A stretch of 64,000 nt of DNA from an uncultured Rhabdothermincola sp. (lineage in GTDB: Bacteria; Actinomycetota; Acidimicrobiia; Acidimicrobiales; Acidimicrobilacustridaceae): the NCBI GenBank assembly GCA_964530525.1, contig CAZHBH010000003.1:1002-65001 (forward strand), written 5' to 3'. Every line of letters begins with the position of its first letter. Position 1 is the first letter of the stretch. Below, one piece after another: positions 10,356 through 19,048 of the stretch. The notes beneath the pieces were generated by a model. That model saw only the letters and a program-made list of their open reading frames with translations. It ran no database searches and was not told where the DNA came from. The position numbers and the translations under genes are program-made.

Positions 10356-10874
10356 ATGCCACCGATACAGCTCACCGGGCAGGCGGTGGTCGTGGTGGAC
10401 ATCATCGCGATCATCCTCATGCAGGGCATCGCTGGCTACACGGTCAACCGCATGCCCCTGTCGATGCTCCGCTACGACACCTGGCTGCTGCGTTCACGTC
10501 CCTTCGAGCGCGGCGGGCTCCTCTACACGCAGATGCTCAGGATCAAGCGCTGGAAGGACAGGGTCCCTGAGGCGGGTGACTTCTTCCGGGGCGGGATGTC
10601 GAAGAAGCACCTCCCCTCTGCCGAGCAGGGCGGCATATCGCGCTTCGCGTCCGAGACGCGGCGTGCCGAGCTGTGCCACTGGCTGGCCGTAGCACCCACG
10701 CCGCTATTCGCGCTTTGGAACCCGCCGTGGATGGTGGTTCTGGTGATGGTCTCGGTGTTCGGGGTCAACCTGCCCTTCATCACCATCCAGCGCTACAACC
10801 GGATCCGTGCCGAGAGGGTGCTCAGGCGTGAGGGCCCTCCCGAGCTCGGAGAGGCCACCTGGGCTCCAACCTGA
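10356..10874 (+). CDS. membrane acyltransferase-like protein (glycosyl-4,4'-diaponeurosporenoate acyltransferase-like)
   Basis: 172-aa ORF with TM helices at both ends. The central part RPFERGGLLYTQMLRIKRWKDRVPEAG and the C-terminal ITIQRYNR resemble the CrtO-type family. Recognised by eye only. Confidence 0.5.
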   Translation: MPPIQLTGQAVVVVDIIAIILMQGIAGYTVNRMPLSMLRYDTWLLRSRPFERGGLLYTQMLRIKRWKDRVPEAGDFFRGGMSKKHLPSAEQGGISRFASETRRAELCHWLAVAPTPLFALWNPPWMVVLVMVSVFGVNLPFITIQRYNRIRAERVLRREGPPELGEATWAPT

Positions 10875-10911
10875 ACCGCCGGGATCGTTGGCCGGCGTGG
10901 ACGGGTGCCGT

Positions 10912-11454
10912 CTACTTGGCGAGCTCCGCCTCCACAGCGGCGAGCAGTGAAGGGTGGTCTGGGGTGACGGCCGGGGCGAACCGCTCCACCACGGTGCCGT
11001 CCCTTCCCACGAGGAACTTCTCGAAGTTCCAGAGGACGTCGGGATCCTCGGTGGGAGTCAGGCCGTGGCCACGGAGCCGCTCGCGGAACTCGTCCTTGCC
11101 CTCGGCGGTGGGGGCTTGTCGGGTCAGCTCGCGGTAGAGGGGGTGCTGGTCGTCTCCCACGACGCTGATCTTCGACATGACGGGAAAGGTCACGGAGTAC
11201 TGGGTCGAGCAGAACTCGGCGATCTCCGCATCGGTGCCGGGCTCCTGGCTCCCGAAGTCGTTGGCGGGGAACCCCAGGATGGTCAGCCCTGCGTCGGCCT
11301 TGTCGGAGTAGAGGCGTTGCAGGGCCTCGTACTGAGGCGTGAGCCCGCACTGGGATGCGACGTTCACCACCAGCACAACCTCGCCCTCGTGTTCCGAGAG
11401 CTTTCCCGTGCTTCCGTCCATCTTGGTGAACTCGATCTCGCCGAGCGTGCTCAT
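10912..11454 (-). CDS. gpx: glutathione peroxidase
   Basis: VVLVVNVASQCGLTPQYEALQRLY and ILGFPANDFGSQEPG are canonical Gpx/BtuE motifs. The ATG at 11454 (MSTLGEIEF...) is preferred to the longer track ORF. Confidence 0.85.
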   Translation of the reverse strand: MSTLGEIEFTKMDGSTGKLSEHEGEVVLVVNVASQCGLTPQYEALQRLYSDKADAGLTILGFPANDFGSQEPGTDAEIAEFCSTQYSVTFPVMSKISVVGDDQHPLYRELTRQAPTAEGKDEFRERLRGHGLTPTEDPDVLWNFEKFLVGRDGTVVERFAPAVTPDHPSLLAAVEAELAK

Positions 11455-11549
11455 GGCCTGCCTCTCAGGATCTGGGGTGTACGCCGGGGAGCGTAGCGAG
11501 CGTCGGCTCGGCTCCGGGAGGATCACCTCGCGGAGTTACCATCCGGCTC

Positions 11550-12968
11550 ATGGAAGATCCCAGGTTCTCCGCGGTCGATCCGGCCTCGGTGCCCCAGCTG
11601 CGCGGCATCTTCGAGCCCGTGGTGACCGAGGTCGACGGGCCTGTCGAGGTGGTGCAGGGGAAGATCCCTGACGACCTCGCAGGCGTCTACCTCCGCAACG
11701 GCCCCAATCCCCGCTTCCCTCCGATCGGGAGCTACACCTACCCCCTCGACGGCGACGGCATGGTGCATGGGGTGTGGATCGAGGAAGGTGGCGCTCGCTA
11801 TCGGAACCGGTTCGTGCGCACCCCTGCCCTCGAGGCCGAGGAGAGGGTGGGTCACGCGCTGTGGTCCGGCGTGATGAGCGGTGGCCTACCCGATCCCGCC
11901 GCGGTGCGCCCGGAGCTGATGGGCACCGAGCGAGACCTGGTGGACATCAACGTGGTCGTCCACGCCGGCCGCTACCTCGCCCTCGCGGAGAGCGCACGAC
12001 CCTTCGAGCTCACGCCGGGGCTCGGGACCATCGGACCCTTCGACTTCGGGGGCGCGCTCGCCCAGGGGATCTGCGCGCACCCGAAGATCGACCCCATCAC
12101 GGGTGAGATGGTGGTGTTCCGCTACGACCTGGCCGAGCCCTTCCTCACCTGGGCATCGATCGGCCCCGACGGTGTGGCCACGCACCCCGAGGCCGTCATC
12201 GACGTCGACGGGCCTCACATGATCCACGACTGCGCGATCACCGCTCGGCATCTGGTGCTGTTCGTATCCCCGTGCGTCTTCGACCTGGAAGCGGTGGCAA
12301 GTGGTGGCTCGCTGCTGCAGTGGCGCCCGGAGCGGGGCACCCGCATCGCTCTCGTCCCTCGAGACGGCTCGCCGGTGCGTTGGGTCGAAGCGGAGCCCTT
12401 CTGGGTCTGGCACTTCGCCAACGGCTTCGAACCGGACGGCAGCGGTGACACCGTGGTGGTCGACTACGCAAGGTGGTCTTACCCTGGCTTCGGGGCGGGC
12501 GAGGCAGCCCCCGAGGGTCACCTGGAGCGTGCGACCATCGACGTGAAGGCGGGCACGGCCCGCTTCGATCCCCTCGACGATCAGCTAGCTGAGTTCGCCC
12601 GGATCGACGACCGCCTGATCGGGCAGGAGCACCGCTACTTCCACGCGGCCGCGAAGGATCCGGCTGACCCGCCTCAGGTGGCTGGCGAGTGGAACCGCCT
12701 CGTGCGCTACGACACAGCGAAGGGAGAGCTGGCCTCACGTCCCATGGGGCGGACCCGTCTAGGCGAGGCGGTGTTCGCCCCCCGGCACGGGCGCACCGGC
12801 GAGGACGACGGCTACATCATCGGCTTCACGTTCGATGCCGACTCGCTCGAGTCGCACCTCGTGATCCTCCACGCCGAGGACATCACGGCGGAGCCGGCGG
12901 CCACCGTGTCACTTCCCCAGCGCGTGCCGTTCGGGCTCCACGGCTGGTGGCAACCCACCCCAGGCTGA
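11550..12968 (+). CDS. carotenoid (apocarotenoid/stilbene) cleavage oxygenase, RPE65 family
   Basis: 472-aa ORF. GxYLRNGPNPRFPP, DGDGMVHG, and His-containing blocks (CAHPKIDP, HMIHDCAIT, VWHFANGF, GLHGWW) fit the 4-His iron site of carotenoid oxygenases. Confidence 0.85.
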   Translation: MEDPRFSAVDPASVPQLRGIFEPVVTEVDGPVEVVQGKIPDDLAGVYLRNGPNPRFPPIGSYTYPLDGDGMVHGVWIEEGGARYRNRFVRTPALEAEERVGHALWSGVMSGGLPDPAAVRPELMGTERDLVDINVVVHAGRYLALAESARPFELTPGLGTIGPFDFGGALAQGICAHPKIDPITGEMVVFRYDLAEPFLTWASIGPDGVATHPEAVIDVDGPHMIHDCAITARHLVLFVSPCVFDLEAVASGGSLLQWRPERGTRIALVPRDGSPVRWVEAEPFWVWHFANGFEPDGSGDTVVVDYARWSYPGFGAGEAAPEGHLERATIDVKAGTARFDPLDDQLAEFARIDDRLIGQEHRYFHAAAKDPADPPQVAGEWNRLVRYDTAKGELASRPMGRTRLGEAVFAPRHGRTGEDDGYIIGFTFDADSLESHLVILHAEDITAEPAATVSLPQRVPFGLHGWWQPTPG

Positions 12969-12982
12969 ACGAGGTGGGCCGG

Positions 12983-14608
12983 TCAGCCGGTGAAGCGCGG
13001 GACCATGGCCTGTGTGACGTGGATCGAGACCTCGGCGTGGCCCTTCGACGGGTCCGGGTCGGGAGCGGCCGACGTGGCGTCGGCCGCCGAGACCAGCGTG
13101 GTGCCAGCGCCGGCGGAGCTGGCGACCACGGCCTCGATGCCGAAGCTCAGGTTCGCTCCCGTGACCAGCTGGCCGCTCGAGCACTCGACGGCGGCCGACC
13201 CCCCGGCGGGGAGCTCGCACACCCAGCCTTGGGGTGGGCTCACCGAGGTCACCGAGAGCCCCGAGGGAACCGAGAGCACGAGTCGGGGCTCACCGGCGTC
13301 CGAGGGTCCTTCGTTGGTGATCGTCGCCGAGAGGTTCAGAGCGTCCCCCGGCGCCACTTCGCACTCCGCTGCCCCTTGGCAGTCGTAGGCGACCGCGAGG
13401 GTCGAGCGCGCTGCCACCACCTTGCCCAGCGAGCCCGAGGTGGGGCTGCCCTCCGTGGCGAACCACACCGTGCCGTCGGGGCCGGCCATCAAGTACGTGG
13501 TGCTGTCCGACGTGGGGAGCTCGGTGACGGTACCGGCCGGGGTGATCCTCCCGACGACGTGGTCCGACGACCCGTACCAGATGTTCCCGTCGGCTCCGAG
13601 CACGAGGAACTGCGGGAAGTTCGAGGTGTCGAACTCTGTGAGCGTCCCGTCGGGGGTGATCCTGCCGAGCTTCGGTCCGTACTGCCCGAACCAGATGTTC
13701 CCGTCGCTCCCTGTTGCGAGGTAGTCGGTGTCGTAGGAGGTGGGCCAGGTCCGGACCTCGTGGGAGGTCAGGTCGACGCGGCCGATCATCTCGTCGGCAC
13801 CGAACCAGATGTTCCCGTCGGGGCCGACGATCGGGTGCCGGGTCATCGTCGGGGTGTCGACGTAGGCGACCACCCCGTCCATGGAGACGTAGCCGATCTT
13901 GGCTTCGGGGAAGACCCCGAACCAGATGTTCCCGTCGGGAGCCGCGACCATCCCCGGCTTCCCGCCGGCGCCACTCGTGTAGCCGTCCACCGGGTACTCC
14001 ACCAGGTTGTTCTCCATGTCCACCTGCCCGATGAACACGTTGGAGGCGTCGCCGTCGTCGGCGAACCAGATGTTCCCGTTGGGACCGACGAGGAGGTCGC
14101 GGGTGGCATCGTGGGTCGCGTTCTCGAAGACCACACCGTTGGCGTCGACGTTCCCCACCCCGCCTGCGGAGTCGGAGAACCAGACCTTCCCGTCCGGCCC
14201 CAGGACCAGGTTGCCCGTGACAGCTCCTGCGGTGCTGAACTGCTCGACGGCGCCGTCACGGAACCGCCCGACGCTGCTGCCACCGAACGTCCCGAACCAC
14301 ATGGTCCCCTCAGGGTGCTCGAGGGGGTTGAGCGGCGCCCCGGTCGTGTCGCGGAGCACCACCTCACCGGTGGGCGTGATCTGCACGAGCTGGTTGGCGA
14401 AGCCCCCAGTCCAGATCGAACCGTCGGAGGAGGCGAGCATCGGCCCGGGCGACGAGCCCACGTCGTACTCCACCACGGTGCCGATCGGGTCGGTACCGGT
14501 GGCGGCTCCCGCCGCGGTGATGGAGATGGTCGACCACAGGAGCGCCATCAGGGCGATCGTCGCCACCGTCCACGTTCCGATCGCGTTCTTCCTCGAGCTG
14601 ACCATCAT
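12983..14608 (-). CDS. secreted beta-propeller repeat protein (virginiamycin-B-lyase-like GPDGNIWF repeats) with C-terminal DUF11-like domain
   Basis: N-terminal signal/TM segment. At least 9 repeats ending in (G)xxG(N/K/T)(I/V/M)W(F/Y). The C-terminal ~130 aa (LNLSATITNEGPSDAGEPRLVLSVPSGLSVTSVSPPQGWVCE) resembles a DUF11/CARDB-type Ig-like domain. Confidence 0.7.
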   Translation of the reverse strand: MMVSSRKNAIGTWTVATIALMALLWSTISITAAGAATGTDPIGTVVEYDVGSSPGPMLASSDGSIWTGGFANQLVQITPTGEVVLRDTTGAPLNPLEHPEGTMWFGTFGGSSVGRFRDGAVEQFSTAGAVTGNLVLGPDGKVWFSDSAGGVGNVDANGVVFENATHDATRDLLVGPNGNIWFADDGDASNVFIGQVDMENNLVEYPVDGYTSGAGGKPGMVAAPDGNIWFGVFPEAKIGYVSMDGVVAYVDTPTMTRHPIVGPDGNIWFGADEMIGRVDLTSHEVRTWPTSYDTDYLATGSDGNIWFGQYGPKLGRITPDGTLTEFDTSNFPQFLVLGADGNIWYGSSDHVVGRITPAGTVTELPTSDSTTYLMAGPDGTVWFATEGSPTSGSLGKVVAARSTLAVAYDCQGAAECEVAPGDALNLSATITNEGPSDAGEPRLVLSVPSGLSVTSVSPPQGWVCELPAGGSAAVECSSGQLVTGANLSFGIEAVVASSAGAGTTLVSAADATSAAPDPDPSKGHAEVSIHVTQAMVPRFTG

Positions 14609-14706
14609 CCGACCTCCGTCTCTACGTCAGACAGCGACGCTACTCGGCAAGACAGAGCTGTCGTGGACCTCTCCGGACCGTCGGTTCCTCAGACCGGGAC
14701 GGCAGG

Positions 14707-15687
14707 TCAGGGCCGCGCGTCGGGGACGATCGCGATCTTCCCGAAGACGTCCTGCGTGGCGAGACGCTCCAGGGCCTCCGTGGACCGGGCGAGCGGAAAG
14801 GTGGAATCGACAACAGGCTTGAGGCCCTCGGAGGCCATCAAGGCGAGCACGCCTTCCAGTTCTTCGCGGGTCCCCATGGTCGAGCCCAGGATCTCCAGCT
14901 GTTTGCGGAAGACCCGCCGGAGCTCGGCCTGTGGGTCGGATCCGGTGGTCGCGCCCGCCACCACGAGGCGCCCTCCTGGTCGCAGGCAACGCAGGGAGTG
15001 AGCCCAGGTCGCCTTGCCGACGGTCTCGATCACGGCGTCGACCCGATCGGGTAGGCGAGCCCCCGGCTCGAAGGTCGCCTCGGCCCCCAGCTCCTCGGCC
15101 CGGGCCCGCTTGCCGGCCTGCCGGCCGGTTACCCACATCCGCACTCCGGCGGCCGAGCCGAGCACCACAGCGGCCGTCGCCACACCACCGCCGGCGCCCT
15201 GCACCAGCACGGTGTCGCCCGGGCCCACGCCGGCCTTGGTGAACAACATGCGGAAGGCGGTGAGCCACGCCGTGGGCACGCAGGCGGCCTCCTCGAACGA
15301 GAGCTCGGCCGGCTTGGCCACCAGGTTCCTCTCTGGCACCCAGACGTACTCGGCGAGCGTCCCGTCATAGCGCTCGGACAGCAGCGACTGCTCGGGGTCG
15401 AGGGTCTCGTCGCCACGGCCGGCGGCTGGATCGCCGATCACCGCGTGGACGACCACCTCCGCGCCGCCCTCGGTCACGCCGGCGGCGTCGGTCCCCAGGA
15501 CGATCGGCAGGTTCTCCGGCGGTGTGGCCACCCCCCGCAGCGTCCAGAGGTCGTGGTGGTTCAGCGTGGCGGCCCGCACCTGCACGCGCACCCAGCCCGG
15601 CTGCGGCTCGGGTTCGGGGTGCTCACCCACGTGGAGGCCGGAGAGGGGATCGTCGGCAGACGATGAGCGGGCGACGGCAGCGAGCAT
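14707..15687 (-). CDS. zinc-type alcohol dehydrogenase / quinone oxidoreductase family protein
   Basis: MDR-family pattern: VRVQVRAATLNHHDLW, Rossmann motif VLVQGAGGGVATAAV, and C-terminal GKIAIVP. The ATG at 15687 (MLAAVARS...) is preferred to the longer track ORF. Confidence 0.85.
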   Translation of the reverse strand: MLAAVARSSSADDPLSGLHVGEHPEPEPQPGWVRVQVRAATLNHHDLWTLRGVATPPENLPIVLGTDAAGVTEGGAEVVVHAVIGDPAAGRGDETLDPEQSLLSERYDGTLAEYVWVPERNLVAKPAELSFEEAACVPTAWLTAFRMLFTKAGVGPGDTVLVQGAGGGVATAAVVLGSAAGVRMWVTGRQAGKRARAEELGAEATFEPGARLPDRVDAVIETVGKATWAHSLRCLRPGGRLVVAGATTGSDPQAELRRVFRKQLEILGSTMGTREELEGVLALMASEGLKPVVDSTFPLARSTEALERLATQDVFGKIAIVPDARP

Positions 15688-15754
15688 GGCGTGAGCATAG
15701 GGACGGGGGAGAGCGGGCGGCCTGGTCGTCGGGAAGGAGCCGACCGGCGTTACG

Positions 15755-16402
15755 GTGCCGACCGTGAACTTCGTGGGGCACATCGCGGCTGCGGCCTCGG
15801 CGCCGCAGTGGCCCGAGCCCGGGTTTCGGGTGGGTGTCGTCGCCCCCGACCTGTGCGCAAGCGCGGGAGTGACCCTGGATAGGCCCTCCGGAGCGCTCGG
15901 CGAGGGGATCGCCCACCACCGTCGCATCGATGCCCGCTTCCACGACCTGCCCTGGTTCCGCAGCTCGGTCCAAGAGCTCTCCGTCGATCTGCAAGCGGCC
16001 GGGGTGAGGCGAGGACCTGCCCGTGCCGCGGCCCACGTGGGATGCGAGCTGATGATCGACGGCGAGCTCCTGGCGGACCCCGACGTCGACCGGGCGCTTG
16101 CGGAGACCTGGCTGGTGCTCGCGTGCCACGGACCGGAGGTGTCCGGAGCGGTCGCCGTCAGCGACCGGCTCAGGTGGCGTAGGTGGTTGGACCGGTTCGT
16201 CGCAGGTGTAGAGCCGCGCCGCTACGCCGAACCGGCGGTGGCGGCGTTCGCCACCGGCCGCATCCTGCATCGGCGCCCTCGTCTCGCGATCGACGCGTCG
16301 GAGCAGCCGGCCGTCGTCGGAACCTTCGAGGCCCATGCCGCCTCGATCCGCAGCGGGGCCGCCCGAGCCCTTGCCGAGGCGAGCGAGGGGCTCGCCTGGT
16401 AG
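15755..16402 (+). CDS. possible acyl carrier protein phosphodiesterase (AcpH/DUF479-like)
   Basis: VNFVGHIAAA resembles E. coli AcpH MNFLAHLHLA. GIAHHRRIDARFHDLPWF resembles GIHMHRRIDVLTDNLPEV. ILHRRPRL resembles MASRRPRL. The start is either GTG 15755 or GTG 15764. Confidence 0.5.
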   Translation: MPTVNFVGHIAAAASAPQWPEPGFRVGVVAPDLCASAGVTLDRPSGALGEGIAHHRRIDARFHDLPWFRSSVQELSVDLQAAGVRRGPARAAAHVGCELMIDGELLADPDVDRALAETWLVLACHGPEVSGAVAVSDRLRWRRWLDRFVAGVEPRRYAEPAVAAFATGRILHRRPRLAIDASEQPAVVGTFEAHAASIRSGAARALAEASEGLAW

Positions 16403-16620
16403 GCCAGGGTCGCCACCTGCCACGGTCGCACCGGCACGCCGCTGGGCGGACGACCCGATCGCCCGCTCGACGAGGACGGCAACCTCACCGTCCCGCAGCT
16501 TGCGAACCCCGGAAGCAGCCGGCGTAGCCGCCGTAGAAGGTTTCGCTCGGCTCACAACCTCCGCCCAAACCATCGGAAGATCGACGGTTCTCACGCCCGC
16601 TGGCGAACGAACACACGACC

Positions 16621-16699
16621 CTCTGACCAGGACGTTCGTCCTGGTCAGAGGGAACTTCCTTGGCGCCCCCGCCAGGATTCGAACCTGGGCACACGGTTT
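16621..16699 (-). repeat. DR1: distal att-type copy of the tRNA-Arg 3' segment (36 nt + CCA) plus an 11-bp-stem hairpin
   Basis: 79 nt identical base-for-base to 19181..19259. Positions 16664..16699 equal the 3' 36 nt of the tRNA-Arg gene at 33992..34027. Hairpin CTCTGACCAGG-ACGTTCGT-CCTGGTCAGAG lies at 16621..16650. Confidence 0.9.
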
Positions 16700-17136
16700 G
16701 GGAACGACCATCCCTTAGGGGTGTAACCCCTGTCAGCGGCCCAGAGAATCCTCAAGGGACGTTGCTTCCCACCGCCTTCCCAAAGGATCTGGACCCCCAG
16801 ATCGGCTTAGGGGGGCGACGTTCGAGGAGGCGCCCCGTGCCCCGACCGACCCAACGCATCCAGCTGTTAGGCATCCAGGAGCGCCGATCGACCCCGCAGG
16901 CGACCCGACCCTGGGTCGTCTGCGTGCGGCGGGGACCTCGATCGGGAGCGAACCCGGGACCTCGCCCAGCGCGTCACCCTCAAGCTCGACGGCACACCGA
17001 TGGCCCCGAGCGGCGCGGCTCAGAGGCTCCGGTCGTCGTTCATGTCCATGAAGTCGACAGCGATGTCGACCGGCGGGGCGTCCATGTCGCTCAGAGGCTA
17101 GGCGTGGGCCGTCGCCTAGACCAGGGACGCAGCCGT

Positions 17137-17973
17137 TCAGTCCGGGTCGAGGAGCCTCGCGTGGAAGGCACCGACGGCGAGGACCGCGTCGGCTGACAGC
17201 GTGGCGGGATCGAGCTCCGGGTGGTCGAGGAACATCTGCTCGGAGTAGGCGGTCGGGCCTTGGTTGCCGGGGCTGGCGAAGTTCGCCGCCAGGTCGTCGA
17301 GCGTAGTGCGCATCGCTCCGACGAGTTCGGGGCCGAACGAGGCCCGCACCGCGTCGGCAGCGGGTTCGGGGCCACCTCGATCGTTGTGGAGCAGGACGAA
17401 CGCGATGTCGTACCAGTCCTTCGGCTTCCGCCGGCTGCCCGCTGCGGCTGCCTTGGCGAGGAGGAAGCCGGCAAGGCCGCTGACGTTGACCTCTGCCGTC
17501 AGCTCGACGCCACCGACCCGCGAGGTGAGCACGCGCACCTCGACATCGCGAGCGGCGAAGCCAGTGCCCCGCAGGTTGACGGCACCGAGGTTCTCGCAAG
17601 CGTCGAACTGCACGATCGCCTGGTTCGGCTGATCGTCGAGGTCTGCGAGCAGCTCGAACTTCACGACGGTCTTCGTCGGTGCGCCGTCGGCGACCCAGCG
17701 CCACACGCGTTCGGTGTCGGGCTCGAACTCGGCGTTCCTGAGGGCGTTCTCGAGCCTCGCGGTGTTGATGGCTCCGCAGGCGACCTCGAGATCGACCTGC
17801 ACGTCGACGTCAGTCGTGCCGGCGTGGCGCCAGGCGCTGCTTGCACACAGCAGCTCCGGAACGAGCCCACCGAGCACGACGAACTCGGGGCGACCGCCGT
17901 AGTGGTGCACCACGCGGACGAGCGCCGCCTCAGACGCGGCGCGAGCGGAGCGGGATCGCTCAGGTTCAGGCAT
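17137..17973 (-). CDS. nucleotidyltransferase-fold protein (AbiEii/DUF1814-like candidate toxin)
   Basis: FVVLGGLVPELLCASSAWRHAGTTDVDVQVDLEV fits the pol-beta NTase hGG-x(n)-DhDh signature. The ATG at 17973 overlaps the upstream stop (17966) by 8 nt, which suggests translational coupling. Confidence 0.6.
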   Translation of the reverse strand: MPEPERSRSARAASEAALVRVVHHYGGRPEFVVLGGLVPELLCASSAWRHAGTTDVDVQVDLEVACGAINTARLENALRNAEFEPDTERVWRWVADGAPTKTVVKFELLADLDDQPNQAIVQFDACENLGAVNLRGTGFAARDVEVRVLTSRVGGVELTAEVNVSGLAGFLLAKAAAAGSRRKPKDWYDIAFVLLHNDRGGPEPAADAVRASFGPELVGAMRTTLDDLAANFASPGNQGPTAYSEQMFLDHPELDPATLSADAVLAVGAFHARLLDPD

Positions 17974-18943
17974 CGCCGACAACCTCCCAGAGGTGCTCCG
18001 CAGCCTCCTCGCCACGGACGCCCGAGGCGCGCAGGTCGGCGTAGATGCGGGGCCATGGCGCGACGCGGAGGTCACCGGCCGGGGCCGACAGCCGCTTGGT
18101 CACTGACGTGGGGAACGGACGCAAGACCAGGCGACCTCCCTCGATCGGCTTGAGGCCAGCGCGGTCGGCGACCTCGTCGAGCGTGGCCGGGGTCGGCGCG
18201 TCGACGAAGACGTCCAGGCCGCTCACCTCGGTCAGGTAGGGAGCGAGGACTGCGGCGCCAGCCGGGCCGGTGGCTGCCCATGCCAGGCCGTCGGCATCCC
18301 ACCGCCGGCCGAGCTTCACCAGCTCGTCGGCGAGATCGCCGAGGACACCGACGCGGAGCATGAGGGGCTTGGTCGCAGTGAGAGCCGCATCGGCGTACGC
18401 CGTCAGCAGCGCCCGTCGGTCGCCGAGCTCCCGTGCCGAGGCCCTCCCACGTGGCGCGTCGGCCTCGAGCAGTCCGAGCGTCGTCAACGTCGCCAGCGCC
18501 TTCGTCGCAGAACCGGCCGACAGACCGGTCGTTCGCTCGACGTCGGCCACCGTGGGGCGCGTGCCGAGCAGCAGCGCCTCGGCCGTTCCGATGACCGATG
18601 GCGTCCAGCGCGGGGCCAGATCGGGCTTCGTCTCAGGCCGACCGCTCCGGGAGACGACAAGGCCGGGCAGGGAGATCTCTGCTCCACCCGCCTCGTCCAC
18701 CCACCCCAGCCCGGCGGCGGCGATCGCGGCACGGGCCCCGGGCGATATGCGCCGCGCGACCACGACGTCGACGTCGCCCTTCGGGCGATCCAACACGACG
18801 CGGACGTCGCCGAGCCAACCCTCGCCTGCCCATGCGGCTCGGACGCGAGCGCCGGCCACGTCGACCAGCGCGATGCCCTCGCCCGAACGGGCGAGGCGCA
18901 CAGGCGTGCCCGAAGGGAGGACGGCACGGATCGCCGTCTCCAT
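17966..18943 (-). CDS. AbiEi-like winged-helix protein (candidate type IV antitoxin / autorepressor)
   Basis: Central wHTH (TVADVERTTGLSAGSATKALATLTTLGLLEA). The C-terminus PWPRIYADLRASGVRGEEAAEHLWEV resembles the AbiEi C-terminal block. The start is uncertain: ATG 18943 or GTG 18979. Confidence 0.55.
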   Translation of the reverse strand: METAIRAVLPSGTPVRLARSGEGIALVDVAGARVRAAWAGEGWLGDVRVVLDRPKGDVDVVVARRISPGARAAIAAAGLGWVDEAGGAEISLPGLVVSRSGRPETKPDLAPRWTPSVIGTAEALLLGTRPTVADVERTTGLSAGSATKALATLTTLGLLEADAPRGRASARELGDRRALLTAYADAALTATKPLMLRVGVLGDLADELVKLGRRWDADGLAWAATGPAGAAVLAPYLTEVSGLDVFVDAPTPATLDEVADRAGLKPIEGGRLVLRPFPTSVTKRLSAPAGDLRVAPWPRIYADLRASGVRGEEAAEHLWEVVGDA

Positions 18944-18991
18944 CCTGCCGGAGCCAGCCTCCTGGTCGGTCGTGGTCACGACGACACAATA

Positions 18992-19048
18992 CCTCAGCCA
19001 AGTGAAATACTCACTGTGCAAGTGAGGATTTTGAATAGCTGAGGATTT
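18992..19048 (-). promoter_or_regulatory. repeat-rich, AT-richer putative promoter/operator region of the element A operon
   Basis: Inverted repeat CCTCAGC (18992-98) / GCTGAGG (19038-44). Palindrome AGTGA-N5-TCACT (19001-15). Direct repeat TGAGGATTT at 19023-31 and 19040-48. Confidence 0.4.

Noticed and set aside
17018-17099. An 11-bp direct repeat GCTCAGAGGCT (17018-28 and 17089-99) bracketing a 21-codon minus-strand mini-ORF (17020..17085, MDAPPVDIAVDFMDMNDDRSL) downstream of the element A nucleotidyltransferase.
   Set aside because: It is too short and has no RBS or homology evidence. The repeat could be chance or a small duplication scar. It is noted only as something to look at if ribosome-profiling data exist.
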